The notes beneath the pieces were generated by a model, which was not told where the DNA came from, ran no database searches, and was given only the letters and a program-made list of their open reading frames with translations. 64,000 nt of DNA, from assembly GCA_002633005.1 (NCBI GenBank), contig NMRA01000001.1:89135-153134 (forward strand). Reading direction: 5' to 3'. Position numbers and translations under genes: made by a program. Positions 12,665 to 24,631 of the stretch are shown here, piece by piece. The stretch is from Phoronis australis. Lineage: Eukaryota > Animalia > Phoronida. Numbering within the stretch: position 1 is the first letter of the stretch; each line of letters starts with the position of its first letter.

Positions 12665-13498
12665 TTTGCAAATCACTCCAAATGCACACACTATCCAGCC
12701 TGCTCAAGACATGCCTGACCACAAGCTATCCCATGAGCCTTTGCGAAGGAAGTAACTAGCACATGCGCAATGCGTAGTTCGTCTGCGCTGCAAATCCGCT
12801 ATTGGTCTCACGGCAAGACAGTTAATGTTCAACTCTAATTTGGCTTGGTAGGACTATAAAAAAGCAGATCAGGCGTTTGACGAGCGCTGATGTTCGAGTT
12901 TCATTTTATAAGGAGGACCATCAGACCTTCATAGATCATCTAATCGGACAGCATGTGAGTATAACTTTACTACTCTCGTCACTCCAAGTATATGTAGCCA
13001 ACATTCGTTTGGTCAGTATACATATATAGTAATTGAAATTACCATATTTCTATTGTCCGTCTATCCTCAAGCTGGCTGGAGGTACGCGTCCATGGTGTTT
13101 GGCGGCAATGTTCGAGTTGGGAACACGGAACCTAAGGGTACGTGATATGAGGACACTTAATGGAACATATGGCGGTGACACCTGTTGTGATATTATGGCA
13201 CCAAGTAATGCATACACGTTGTTGGGTCTAAACGATGTCTACAACACGCACTATGATGGTGAGTTATAACTCGTAGCAGAAACTTCCCTTCTGCGCCTGC
13301 TACTCGGGACGTGGGAATAAACACGTAATGTCCAGTTGGAATTCGTAAGTACTGTCGCAAATGATGTCTCACAGTCTGGACTCCAGATGTCGCAACTAGC
13401 TCAAGATGTGTTGAATTGAGAGTTTCTGATTTGCCGTCAGCGGCAGATATCGTCGGCTGGAAAACAAATAATGATTAAGAAAATCGTCTCTAAACCTG

Positions 13499-13745
13499 GG
13501 GCCCGTTCGAAGTAACTGACTTAAGTTCATTTTTGACTTAAGTTTAAGATTTGTCTTAACTTCCAAACTTTGAATCTTCAACATCTGTAAAGTTAGTCAA
13601 AATTAAGACAAAATTTGGGTCATACACTTAAGTCAAACTCAAGATCTATTTCTTGAATTTGTTTTGAGACAATTTTTACTTTTATTTTAAAATTTACTAA
13701 AATTTAAGATTAGTCCTAGCTAAGTCAGTTTTCTTGGAGCGGGTT
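13499..13745. mobile_element. MITE (Harbinger-like), related partial copy near 34495-34640
   Basis: Imperfect TIR cccgttcgaagtaactgactta / taagtcagttttcttggagcggg with internal cttaag-type repeats. Confidence 0.6.
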
Positions 13746-13894
13746 TTTCGATCGGCTATAAACACGTGTTCCAGCGAAGAAACTAACCAAACTCAGATGA
13801 GACGTGAGTTCTTGTCTTGCAAAGAACTGGCAACTCAATTATGCTACAGGGATAAAATGACACGCCGTGACGTGTCAACTTGCAGAGCTTGGTA

Positions 13895-16458
13895 CATGCG
13901 TGCACCCAGTTTAAAATATAGGGGGGGGGGCTCGAATTTTTTGATATGCGAACCTTTTAGTGGAAGAAATCCACGAGGGCTAAAAAAACGGGGCCACTAC
14001 TGTAGGTTCAGGCCCACGCTCTGTGCATCCCCGTCGACTTCCGGTGGTTTTTGTGGACTTGTGTCTCGTTTACTCGCGGCTAAATCACAATCAAGGTCCA
14101 TATTCAAGAGTTGACTGTGTTACGGTCCAAAATATTTTTTTTTCTTCATTTACCAAATGCAAAGAGTCATTAAAAAAAAGAATCATCAAAATCGGACATT
14201 GTTTGAGAAATTTATGCATATTTTTGTCTATGAATTTCATGCATTTTTAGCGTTACTAGTGGCCATTTTAAAAATTAAAATTTTCAACTGCCAACAGTAG
14301 AAAAGAAATGTATTTTATTAAGTAAGCTCTTGCTTTGGTGTGACTGGGAATAACTTGATTCACTTTCAGAATCACTTAGATGAAGTTGTGCTTAATCATT
14401 GAAAAATGGTAGGGTTCATCGTAAAACAGGCACTCGTTACGAAATTTGTAAATTCTGTGTTTTTGACCCTCACCTACTGTAAAGAAGGTTAAAAACTAAA
14501 GTTCACACTATGTAATAAAAAGATTTGCATAATATGTTAGCCTAGGCAACACAGCAAATTATTCAAAATCTAAACAAACGAATAGTTTGGATATTGACTG
14601 GGTTCTGCTATGTTGAAAATGGACGAAAAAGGCTAACAAAATGTAGTATACGTACCCCCATGTGGAATTCAGTAACACAAATGCTCATTGCAAATGAAAT
14701 TAATGCCTTTTAAATAGCAACAGGGTGCGTGCTTATTATCATCAAAGAAAAATAAATGGCCATACAACATTATGTGACCATGTGATGCAGAAACAGCGCT
14801 GTAGTGTACGTACATACCCCCACGTTTTGCAAATGCCGTGAAATTAAAATATCACCTGGTAAGTGAGCAACATTGGTCATAAACAGTTTCCTTCCTTAAA
14901 AATGTTAGGTTAAAGGAGTGTTTATTGCAAATACATTTGTTTTGAGTGAAATATTAGCATTTGTGTAGTGTACGTTCTCCCATATTTTAATTTGTGCCTA
15001 TTTTCAAAGTATGGCAGATGTGCACATGAATGCTGTGCTTTTTATTTTTTCTCTTTGAATTGATTAAGTAAATCAACTAACGCTCAGTAGATTCTTAGTA
15101 TTTAGTTACAAACCTGACATGTCATTGAAGTGTAGTGTACGTACCCCTGTGTAGTGTACGTACCCCCATGTGAATAAATACCATGAAACAAAAATAATAC
15201 ACAGTAAGTAAGCAACACTTGTCACAGACAGCTTCCTAAATGGTAGGTTAAAAGGATGTTGATTACAAATACATTTGTTTTGAATGAAATATTAGCAATT
15301 GTGTCGTGTATGTACGTACCCCCATATTTTAACATGTGCCTGTTTTCAAAGAATTACAGACAGATATGGACATGACTGCATGCTGTACTTTTTATTTGTT
15401 CTCTTTGAATATTTGTAAATGAACTAACTCTCAGTAGATTTTAATTATTTTTATAAACCTGAAAAGTCATTGAAATGTAGTGTACGTACCCCTGTGTAGT
15501 GCACGTACCTTCAACCTCTGTGCTATAAAGTATAGCCCACACGAATTTTTACATACTGCTGTTCTCATGAAAAATACTGATGTTTCCAAAATGAATACAG
15601 TCTGACAAAAAATGGGCACTATCAAATTTGTGGACAATAAAATGCCACAGGACTTGGCTAGTACTGAAAATCCTAGAAGACACGTCATGTGACAACTGGT
15701 GTTGCAGAGGCAGGTTTTCTATCTCTCAAGACAACTTCAACTTGCAACAAGTAGAGGCAGCACAAAACTCGAGACCATCCCATACATTTGTAACTTAGTC
15801 AAAATTTGACGTCGATTGACTGTGCGTAGTGTACGTACCCCCAAACAAGTACCATTTTTTACTGTTTACAAGTGGAACATTGGGTCCAGCATTGCTTTAA
15901 CTATTTTGACCAACTAGTGAAAGTATTCAAAACTAGGCAAATGGCTCCAATAAATTTTTGAAAAGGTAGTTACTTGTCACTTTGTTTTTGTAAGAATCAT
16001 ATTGCAAGAGAAGGAAGTTCTCATTATACTGTGTTAAGATATGCAATGTATCGTCATCAAGAACAACTTGATCAGCACGGTAATAACTTTTCTTATTTTA
16101 GTATGTGATACTTCCTCAATTTTATCAAAAACTTGTAAAATTAACAGCTACCTTATGAATTTTTACATGGTAGAAGTGGGTTGTAACCACTATTTATAGT
16201 GTACTTACCCTTTTATACAACTGCAATGCATTAGGCCATAAAATTGTATTCGGTGGTTCTCGTGCAAAAATATTTTAGATAACAAACCTGGAATGATGGT
16301 ACTTTAAAATAACCCAGCTTTAAAAGTTATATGACAACCTTCATTTTTCACCAAAAGTGGCCACTGAATATGGACCTTGATTGTGATTTATCTCTTGGCC
16401 TTTTTGTTTCACTGAGGCGGACCTTTTTGCCCAAATTGCCAAATTGGGTGCGCCCATG
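13895..16458. mobile_element. MITE with CATG termini and 5-bp TSD (hAT5-like), carrying a 2.3-kb nested insertion
   Basis: CATGCGTGCACCCA...TGGGTGCGCCCATG flanked by TGGTA/TGGTA. An uninterrupted relative lies at 61745-62010. Confidence 0.75.
14078..16400. mobile_element. Non-autonomous TIR element with internal periodic repeats
   Basis: 26-bp perfect inverted repeat TAAATCACAATCAAGGTCCATATTCA (14081-14106 / 16365-16390). The segment is absent from the homologous MITE at 61.9 kb. It has a ~345-bp internal duplication and repeated GTAGTGTACGTACCCC. Confidence 0.75.
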
Positions 16459-16599
16459 TGGTATAAAGCCCAGAAATGATATATGTTTTGACTTATGTAG
16501 AAACAATTTAAGACAGTAGTGGTTCATGCAAAAGTCAGATGTTCAGGAAGCGTGAGCATAGATCCAAAGTACCAAACTCAAGTACGATAGCCAAGCATC

Positions 16600-18537
16600 C
16601 ACTTCCAAGGCTAAGGAATCCTTTCGATAAAACACGTTGTGGGGTTTTTAGGCCTCCACCACCAAGGGCTTGAGAGCTTCAGGAAGGAATCCTTCGAAGA
16701 CGTCGCTGTGGGCCGCAAGAAATCTACTAACGCCATCTATCTGACAGACTTCCTCGGCTACCTGCACGCAAAACGAAACAACTACGTAATATTTTCAATA
16801 AAAGAGCTGTAGCCATGCCTATAAACACTTGACAGTCTTATTTATATTATTGATCACAGGGACTCATTCGTTAAGGATAGAAACTGAAATTTCAGCAAGG
16901 ATCAGTGTAGCTTCAGCAAGAACGTCGCCCTCCCAGACAAAAACTAGCTGCAAGTCTACCCACCCCTCGCTTCACTTTAAGTTTACGACAGACTTGTTGA
17001 CCGTTATGAACTTTTTCTTTACATTAAGGCAGTGAAACAGAATTGTTTGCAGTTACTACATGGTGTAAGGGCACAAACAGACCAAATTCATGCATTTGAT
17101 TATATTGGGGCCAATCAGAATTAAGGAAAATCTTATTTGATATCTAAATGGCTTATCATGATGTCACACAGAAACTGAATATGGTGATGAGTGAAGCAAA
17201 ATCATCAAGGCTGCGAACGCGAAATTCTACCAATCGGATTGCTGAACACTTTCTTGGTATTTTGATCCTTGATTGGGCAACATGCAGCTAGAACACTAAT
17301 ACAATATAAATCTTCAAAACTTTCCACCAAAAAGAATCCTGCAATGAACGAAATTTCGACCAAAAGTGCGACTCTTTGTGGTAACTTACAGTAAGGTTTA
17401 TGGTATGATTGCTGGACAAAACATTTGGCAACTTGAATTAATGACCTCAGACTGTAACAAGGTCGCCGTGTAGAGCTTTAGAGTTATCTTGTGTTGGACA
17501 CTCTGATAGACACTGTTCAACTAATGTATGAAGCTACATGAAAATAACACCATAGTCGAAAAGAAATTGGAGGTTCCAGAAGTTGACTCAAACATACCTG
17601 TTTCGCTGCAGAGATAGTGTTGAGAGTGGCCGCAGACAGAGATTCATTGGTGTGGTCAGCTAAAACCAAAATATCTTTGAAGCGCCTCAGCACCGAATGC
17701 TGAAAGCAATTTGACAATAAAATAGCACTGGTTGGGCATAGCGGTCTTTCATTCTGAGAACCAGTTTCATTAACCCGTTATACAGAGATTGCCTGGTTCT
17801 TAAAATCGGGGCCTGCTATTTCCGACAAGAATCTATCTATCTCTTTATCTCTCGTGAAGCATTTGACACAGAAAGTCGAGGATTCTGAAGTGGCGCATGT
17901 AACGAAATTAAAAGTGCAATGGTGCTCAGGTGTGTATGTACTACAGTGTAACGTGTGGGTGCAGCAATGTGCACGAAGTGCAATGATGATTAACATGAGA
18001 AGGGCTCGCTGGAAGTGATCCAGAGAGACAGCACCAATGACATGGGCAGGTAAGTTGTTCCAGGAGACTGTTTTGGAGGGGAAGAAGTAATTTTGTAGGT
18101 ATGTCGTGCGATACTGATATGTCATGAAGTACTTACGATAACTATGGCATCTACGTGTAGGGGTACTAATTCAGGGATACGAGTATGTATTGGGAATAGT
18201 GATGAACTCGTTCACAATTTTATTTTTATTTTATTTTTAATTTTACGGAATGCAGAAAAACAGGATAAAAGTTAGGAAACTCGCTATGAGACACATTCAT
18301 ATATTTTTGGAACGAGAACAATAAGTAGAATCGAACGTTAGCAAAATAATGTGTGTGGGTCAATGTCGTATTGTAAACAATTGCCATAATTTATGTAATA
18401 CTTGAATTACGCATTTGTGGAAGAAGGGTTTACGTAACTTCGTAAGCCAGGAATCACAAGAACAAACAGCATGTTGGAATATGTAGACTTACTAGTCGGG
18501 TAATTTTGACACTTTGAAGCATTGAACTGGTTAACAT
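16600..18537 (-). pseudogene. ETFA: Electron transfer flavoprotein alpha subunit, unprocessed truncated pseudogene
   Basis: Exon 18537-18493 encodes MLTSSMLQSVKITRL|GTAAGT. Exon 17699-17598 is CAG|HSVLRRFKDILVLADHTNESLSAATLNTISAAKQ|GTATGT. The exon from 16761 reads CAG|VAEEVCQIDGVSRFLAAHSDVFEGFLPEALKPLVVEA* (TAA at 16650-16648). These match the ETFA N-terminus; homology decays after the stop. Confidence 0.88.
17831..18200 (-). mobile_element. 3' end of a CR1/L2-group LINE in ETFA intron 1
   Basis: YLQNYFFPSKTVSWNNLPAHVIGAVSLDHFQRAL resembles the ORF2 C-terminal FFPRTxxxWNxLP motif. It is followed by a GATA-rich microsatellite tail. Confidence 0.75.
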
Positions 18538-18959
18538 GGTAACTTTCGACAGTGGACAGCTTTGTATGAACCTTGCACCATCGCTGGAAGTTGAATTGAA
18601 GTAGTCGTAAAGTAAAAGATAAACGACACCTTTTGTTGAACTTTTACTTGCCGTCAATGACATAAAATGCCGTATGAACAGGGCCGTAGGATGCAGGAGG
18701 CGGGCAAGCGCCAATAATGTGCACGTGTCGGTGTTAAACAGTGGCGTGGGGCCGAAGGCATTCCAGAAAAGAAAGACAGAGTAACATGTACAAAGAAAGA
18801 ATGAATTGAAAATTACCTTACTAATAGAAAAGAATTTGTTGTCTCTAAATAACACATTAACTGTTGTCTTACTTTCCGGTTGTGAGTCCTGGGGAAACAC
18901 TTGACAACGCTAAATGCATTATTTCTATTGCAGAGAAGATCAATAAATATAGCTACGAA

Positions 18960-19300
18960 TGAAAAGTTTTATGTAAACACAACTTCTCCATTTCACAGGT
19001 TCTGAATCTTGAAATTGATTGATTTAATAAATTGTTTCAAAATAATGAAAATGTACCAAGCCAAACAAAACAACTTCCTTCCTCAAAATTTGCAGTTAAT
19101 GATGTTTACTAATTGTAGTATACGTCAACGGAGACCTGAAAGAAATTTACACAACTTCAATAAATTATACCGGCTGTAGAACTGACCTTACGTATAGGGT
19201 CTTCACAATAAAAGGACCTAAACTCTGGAGTGGTCTTACCGGCACTTAAACAGTTGGTTTCACTTATCATTTTCAAAAAAAAAACGTTTTAAAATACATT
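18960..19300 (+). mobile_element. Decayed L2/Crack-type LINE 3' fragment
   Basis: Frameshifted remnants MYQAK...LPQNLQ...CRT...KGPKLWSGL...FKK. Confidence 0.55.
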
Positions 19301-19401
19301 AAGTGCTTAAAATGGCGTTTCTCCATTTCCTTAGTAAATAAGCACTATATTACAGTCTTATAATCTAAAATTATATTCCACGTACGGTATACATGTATGT
19401 A

Positions 19402-22400
19402 CAGCACACATCACGAATTTTTGTCCGACCGGTCGGAAATTGGTCGACGACCGGCCGTCGACCGGTCGTCTAGCCGACCAGCAGCCGACCAACAACGGTC
19501 GGCTAGGAGCCGTCTGCTGAGTCGCCTCTGTGGTCGGCACTTGGGTTGGCTTAGTGGTCGCCTAGCTTAGACGACCAATTCGGATTAAGCGTGTCCTTGG
19601 TCGGCAATTACCATTTTATGACTTAGCGGGTGAACTTTGGACAAACAAACATTTTAGTGTTCGCTGTTCGGTTACCAGTGGCAACTCCGGTCTTGACATA
19701 GGTTTATCAACTTGTGTTCAACTATTGAATGGAGGTAAAATCGAATCAACCTACAAATACGAAGTGCGTGAAATTACACCAGCCTAAAACTTTATGTTGA
19801 ATTTATGACGGCGTGGTAAAATCAAACGTTAAGTGATGTCGCGGAAACATAATTTCTAAATTTAGATATGAGACTTTTTATACAGTACATTATGCACAAA
19901 AACAAGCACGAAATTTACAGTAAAATTGCATAAAAATCAGAATACAACACTTGATATATTTGGTGTTTTCATGCAGCGGAATGCTCAACAAGCATTTGCG
20001 CTCATCCCGGCGTTATTGCTCTTGATCATCACCTCATCACGCTGTATATTGCGATTTACCATAGATAATTATTGCTTATTTCTGTATAATTTCTTAATAT
20101 GTTGGGTACAGCAATAGAACCCAAGTTTATTTTAGGAACAACATAAACAATGGTATGAACATAGCGCCGATATTAAATCATGGGCGCATGAAAACGGAAG
20201 ACTGTGATCGGCTTATAGTGTCATCCATCATCATTCTGAAATTGTTGTCACTTTCATAATAAAAAACCTTTTCGAAACTAGAGCCTTCCTATCTAGCCAG
20301 CTAGTTGTATAAAGACTATTTTCAAAATACAGCAAGGTGCTTCTGCTTATTGAGATCAAACAGACCTCGAAACTTCACACAGCCGAAAAGCTTGTATCAA
20401 CATGAGCTCAAGACCGGCGGGTGTGCATGGAAAATCTGGAAGTCAATTGGCATTCAAGTTGCCCGTTACGGCCGTTTAAGCGAAAAACATCCGACGTCAT
20501 CTTCCTGCGTAATTCTCTGCCTTTTTAACGAAAAAACGTATGTAGTCGTTTTGAAAAAAAGTTAATTGTGACACGCGCCACTTCCAAAATGTTTTCAACA
20601 TCTCACGTTAGATGATGACAACATCTCAGCAAAATTTGTTCTAAAATTCGGTTCACTGATATCAAAATTCCAAAAACATTTGATGAAGTGAAACCAATTC
20701 TGATCATTTGTTGTGACGTTTACGCAACCTCGAGGTAGAACATTTGATTGAAGAACCTGGGAAAAAGAAACTGGCTAAAAGGTGACGCAATATTTCATTG
20801 GGTCGAAAGTCCACGCATAAGATCAACCCAGCAGAATAATTGTAGAAAACCATTTTTTTGCAACGCTGGTAAATAATTTAGATTATTCTAGGAAGATTTT
20901 ATTCGGTCAGTTTTTATCCACAATGGCGCAAATTTGTATATTAAATTTAGCAAACAGCTTCAAACCAAGGCTAGAGCTTTCCGAGCCCTTTGGCGTAAGA
21001 ACATAATACTTGACGTTTCGCGAATACTCCAAGGGGTAAAACTTATAACATATTTTCGGGGTAACCTGGTACATGTATTCCTAAAAAAAGTAGTCTGTGT
21101 TTTCATGTAGAACGTTAAAATGATTAACCCATTGATTCAAAAAGAACACTCTCGCAAACGAAAACGCACAGAATTTTCAGCTATATTACACTGGTTAAAA
21201 AACAACTTCTATAAGTTGATTGCATCGGATTCTAGTGATCACCAGGGCAAGTCAAAACTCTTAAGGGGACGCAATTACAAACCTTTGGCATGAATCAGTG
21301 ATATAACAATGGAAATAGACCGACTTTAGTTCATCAGCAATGTAGACACAACAGTTACAGACACTGACTGCGTTTGTTAACGTCTTGTGGCAATTTCTAC
21401 TATGATTGATAACAAGTTTTACTCTGATGAGGTATGATGCAATATGAATGTCTAATATGCAGATCGGCCGTTGCAAAAATATTTACTGGGTTTAATGAAT
21501 CCGTTTTTTATGAACCACTGCAAAAGTATGATTACTAATTGTACATTCGAAGCACGCCTCATTAGAATAAAAAGATACACATGCTTGATGATCCTGGGAG
21601 TACCTCTATTACAGGCATGAATGAAGATATATAGTGGTTAAGCCATAGAGGAAAAGCTTACATGACATCACACTGAGCCATCTACACCAGGCATATACAA
21701 AGGATACAGTATTTCAAATGAAGCCTCAACTACTCATTTTTCATAGTCATAACTACTCATTTTTCATAGTATTACTAAATCACGAACACCTAGATTTAAA
21801 TAAGAAGTTACATAGTACGATGCTACACAACCTGCTCTCCCACATACATGGGAGGCCTAATTTGAAACATTTAACGACATATATTTTCTATGCAAGATTA
21901 AAACCAAGCAAAACATGTAAACTCTCCAGGACCAAAAATAAATATCTATCTCAAAACCAGAAATTTTACTTAAGCAGGAATTAAAACAATCCAATACATT
22001 GAGATTGTTTTCACACAGAAGACCAAAGAGCAAATAAAGACAAAAATTTACCACGTCAAGACTGAAAATTTATCACATCAGCACCTATAATTTATCAAGT
22101 GAGGACCAAAAATTCTTCACTTCAGGATCAAAATAAAATACGACCGAACTGAAAATTTGATAAGTCAGGTTCAAAAACTTACCATGTCAGTAACTTTCAC
22201 GCCAGAACACCACGTCACCATCCCCAAGCATTGATCTTTCAAAGTGATAATGTCCGTACTATACGTATAAACAAGGGCTATGTGTTCAACCTCTCGCCGA
22301 CAACAGACATATTATCTTGGAAATGCGGTTGAATTTCTTTTGTCTAATCCAAGTTTTACAATAGATGCCAATTAGGTACACACTGGATTGTCATCATTGC

Positions 22401-24314
22401 ATAATGGGTGATCACGTAGTCTCCGGGCATGAAAACAATTCTCTCCTGGCGTGATAAGTTTTCTGGTTGCCAATTGTTTTTGATTCTACATAGATTTCAA
22501 TTCCTGAATAGAAAATGTGGCGGCTCCACTGCAACGAATCACTTCTGGTACAACCTTCCGTAAATGACGTTCGTATTTTGCACAATTCTTCGGGCTAACA
22601 GTTTTCCAAGAGCTACATATTCATTGGACGAGTTTCTGTTTGGTATTCGGTTTTATTTTCTGTCTCAGGTAGTTCTTGAGCTCATGCTCTGAATGTTTTG
22701 AAAACGCAACTCTTTAATTACGCAGATACGTTTTCCTGCCGTGGGCACCAACTCGCTGAATTCATCAACCAAACATTTATTTTTGAAAATGCCCTCAAAA
22801 GTGTAGTTAAAACACCGTGTTGACCATAGTCGTCAGTGTAGAAAAGCGAAATGAACAAATCTGTACACGCTGCTCAAAGCACTTTTGTGGACATACGGAA
22901 ACGCCAACGTCTCTATCTTACAACTCTGCGTGTGCTTGGCATTTCTGATAAAGCGCTCTCATGCTGGAAACTTTAAGACTGAGCACCGTTTCAAAAAAAA
23001 ATGTATTTTTTCTTACAGCTCAGCACAGAAGAATTATTCTGCGATTTTAGGACTGAAACGGAACCAAATCTCGAGAGGTGACTCATTAGAATGTGCAAAA
23101 TTCGGGGAGGGTTGTGGGTGGCGATACAAGCATGATTTTTTATTTTCGCGCCAAACATGTAGTTGCCACTTCTCATTCAGCGTCACTTACTACCTAAGGT
23201 GGCCAGATCATACGCTATCAATATCACCAGACGCTTTGCTTCTCAAAAGTGCACCTTTGTGTATTTTCTATCATTTTTTGCCATCGCAATCGCTTTGCCA
23301 AATGTTCACGCACATATGCCGCGTAGTGAATACCTCTTCACCACGTTTTCACATCTTCCCGTTCACAATTGTTTTATTTTTCATAATTTGTCAATATGTT
23401 GTTGACAGAAAATATTTATTTCTGGAACAACGTGAACGACCAACTGATAGGGGACTACGTGTACATGTAACTGCTCAGCCCGGATTTTAACGTCATCGAT
23501 ACATGAAAACAGAATGTGCAAGCCTCAACAGTGGTGATGTCACTGTCTTAGTTCGTGGAAATCGTAATCATAATATGATTTCGAAATTAGAGCGATCCGT
23601 GGGTTTAGGGCCTACTGGACCGTGAATTTCGCGTCTCAGAGTGTACTGCAAGGGTCAATACTATATAAATCCCCGGAATGAGAGCTCTTCGCGGTGTAAC
23701 AACTCACTCACTAATTCATCATCATGGGCGCGTGATAGGAGACCGGTGACTAACTTAAAAAAGCCAAAAAGATGCAGTTTGGCGTTACACAAACAAAATC
23801 AATTGCGGGCGAAGACTGCTAAAAATAGCTGCGTTTACAAAATGACTACAGCGTTGTATTGACCGGGAAGCAACCAATCTAATTCATCTTGTTAACGTCA
23901 CGAATCAAATTAAAGATCAAATGTAAAGAAAACTTTCACGTTTTTCATCCAAAACTTGTTGCATTGTCCATAATCCAATGATTACTAGTACCGCTTGCCT
24001 TCAACCTTCGAATTAGTGGTGTTACACAACCGACGTGAACTCATGTATGGCCGAGACAGTAAAACTAGGTTAATTTATTTAAATTTGACCCTGTGCTAAG
24101 ACGAATATGCAACGACACACAAAGTGGTATCAGCCTGACAACCTATTACGCAACTGCTACTCTAGCCTAACAATAGCAGCCGACCAGCTGGTCGGCTGAT
24201 GGCCGGTCGGTTGAAGGGTCGGCTGGGGAGTCGCCTTATGACGGAGTCGGCACTGCGATGGCTAGTCGTCGACCAATTTCCGACCGGGCGGACAAAAATT
24301 CGTGATGTGTGCTG
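19402..24314 (-). mobile_element. 4.9-kb Tc1/mariner-derived element
   Basis: ~50-bp TIR CAGCACACATCACGAATTTTTGTCCG(A/C)CCGGTCGGAAATTGGTCGACGAC (1 mismatch) with TA on both flanks, subterminal CCGACC/GGTCGG repeats and an internal transposase remnant. Confidence 0.85.
22514..22686 (-). pseudogene. Tc1-like transposase C-terminal remnant
   Basis: HELKNYLRQKIKPNTKQKLVQ*ICSSWKTVSPKNCAKYERHLRKVVPEVIRCSGAAT matches the Tc1-family C-terminus (WxxLK...P...L...W...VIxxxGxxT). One internal stop. Confidence 0.8.
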
Positions 24315-24471
24315 TAAATGTACACTGAGGTTAAAATGTACACTTGGGTGTAAACACCAACATGTAAACGGGGGTTTAGTTGTAAGCGACACGCATCGTT
24401 GTATGAAACGAGGCAGACTAATTTCGATCTCATGAGCATCCGTGGGTCCCGCCAACACTTGCCACAATCAA

Positions 24472-24631
24472 CCAGGCAACCGTTCAGTAACGCTAGGACC
24501 TCGCTAAAAAGCAAGACTTCGCGAGATTACGTGAGATATTGCCGTGCTTTTTAAATGAGAACACATGATTTTGACTACGTTTTAGGTAGGTCTTAGCCGG
24601 TAGGTCCTAGCGTCTACTGAACGCACGCCTG
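24472..24631. mobile_element. MITE (second copy 47383-47531)
   Basis: TIR cgttcagtaacgctaggacct...aggtcctagcgt(c)tactgaa. The shared interior gcaagacttc...tattgccgtg...aaatgagaacac is present in both copies. Confidence 0.75.

Larger units (their letters stand above)
11299..12800 (+). mobile_element. Internally deleted THAP-encoding DNA transposon, ISL2EU (PIF/Harbinger-related)-like
   Basis: Perfect inverted ends AGCGGATTTGCAGCG...CGCTGCAAATCCGCT flanked by AT on both sides, with an internal THAP ORF. Confidence 0.75.

Noticed and set aside
14640-16215. CRISPR-like array of repeated motifs
   Set aside because: Spacers are 150-370 bp and partly duplicated, repeats are short and degenerate, there are no cas genes, and the context is a eukaryotic TIR element.
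22885-23490. 201-aa ORF
   Set aside because: Non-ATG start, no domain motifs and composition typical of random AT-rich sequence.
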